From NCBI GenBank assembly GCA_041494705.1, contig JBGQBI010000002.1, forward strand, positions 270,001 to 302,000: a DNA stretch of 32,000 nucleotides. Reading direction: 5' to 3'. The notes under the pieces are model-generated. The model saw nothing but the letters and a program-made list of their open reading frames with translations, was not told the origin of the DNA and made no database searches. The DNA is from Candidatus Methanoperedens sp. (lineage in GTDB: Archaea; Halobacteriota; Methanosarcinia; Methanosarcinales; Methanoperedenaceae). Below are positions 31,460 through 32,000 of this stretch, one piece after another. Both the position numbers and the translations under genes were made by a program. The first letter of the stretch is position 1. Each line of letters starts with the position of its first letter.

Positions 31460-32000
31460 CTATCCTAATATCTGTTCCTTGAATTTCTCAAATCCCACGC
31501 GGTCAAGGCAGTCCCCGAACCTCTCGCCGATGTTGGTGTTTTTCTTTGACCAGTTGATTATTTTCCTAAATATGGCAACAGCTTCATCAGCGGATTTTGC
31601 TTCTGTCAATTCCACTCCGAGTTTGGGATGTTTTCCAATCTTCCCTCCGACAAAGAGCTTATAGCCTTTCCATTCCTCGTTAATGAGGTCGGAAGGGCAT
31701 GTTCCCACACAGGCGCCGCACAGGTTGCATTTGTCCCAGATGATTTTTGCTTTATCATCCTCCACAACGATGGCTTTTTCGGGGCACATGAATGTGCACG
31801 TCCCGCAGCCTGTGCATTCTTCAGTAAAAATGGCAGGTTTGAGTATCCCCATCACGCCGAGGTCGTTTTCCTGCGGCTTGGCGCAGGCGTTGGGGCATCC
31901 TGTAACCGCGAATTTTATCTTTACTGGCATGTCCTCCCCGAAGAATTCCTTATCCAGTATTCCGGCAAGCCCATAGGTGTCTATGATGCCGTAATTACAT
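31460..32000 (-). CDS. Sulfite/nitrite reductase family protein with inserted 2x[4Fe-4S] ferredoxin domain (small assimilatory or Dsr-like type), 5'-truncated by the window edge
   Basis: The frame stays open upstream of the track Met (…NYGIIDTYGLAGILDKEFFGEDMPVKIKFAVTGCPNACAKP) to position 32000. GCPNAC is the CX3C half of the siroheme-[4Fe-4S] motif. Ferredoxin motifs CTGCGTCTFMCP and CNLCGACVGTCP. Confidence 0.7.
   Translation of the reverse strand, partial: CNYGIIDTYGLAGILDKEFFGEDMPVKIKFAVTGCPNACAKPQENDLGVMGILKPAIFTEECTGCGTCTFMCPEKAIVVEDDKAKIIWDKCNLCGACVGTCPSDLINEEWKGYKLFVGGKIGKHPKLGVELTEAKSADEAVAIFRKIINWSKKNTNIGERFGDCLDRVGFEKFKEQILG

Overview
Densely coding archaeal chromosomal segment. 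It looks euryarchaeal and most likely Methanosarcinales-like (ANME-2 or Methanoperedens type). That guess rests on an S-layer protein with tandem duplication domains, a PGF-CTERM surface protein, and Tfx-like, TrmY and CetZ-like genes, and it was not checked against any database. Backbone genes: NfnAB/SudAB-type oxidoreductase pair, thymidylate synthase family, an RCK K+ channel plus a separate RCK protein, the UPF0210/ACT pair, arginine decarboxylase (speA), two SPOUT-type genes including trmY, tRNA-Ser(GCU), tsaC, a ferredoxin, a CetZ-like tubulin homologue, kup, and a sat / APS reductase / sulfite reductase cluster that runs off the right edge. Spots worth a second look: (1) a strongly AT-rich single-gene insert (12.3-13.5 kb) whose orphan protein carries an RNxxxH HEPN-like motif; (2) a decayed integrative-element array at tRNA-Ser, with two tRNA-derived repeats, a probable integrase C-terminal remnant, vapBC and an AT-rich membrane gene; (3) a 66-bp palindromic CTTTGCG/CGCAAAG repeat family lying downstream of operons in a transcription-consistent orientation; (4) an assimilatory sulfate-reduction cluster with an Fe-S type APS reductase; (5) a patch of near-identical DNA inside the duplicated S-layer modules; (6) a divergent CetZ-like gene coupled to a DUF11-type surface protein. 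No CRISPR array, rRNA or intact transposase or integrase was seen. All family calls come from motif recognition by eye. No searches or computations beyond hand counting were possible.
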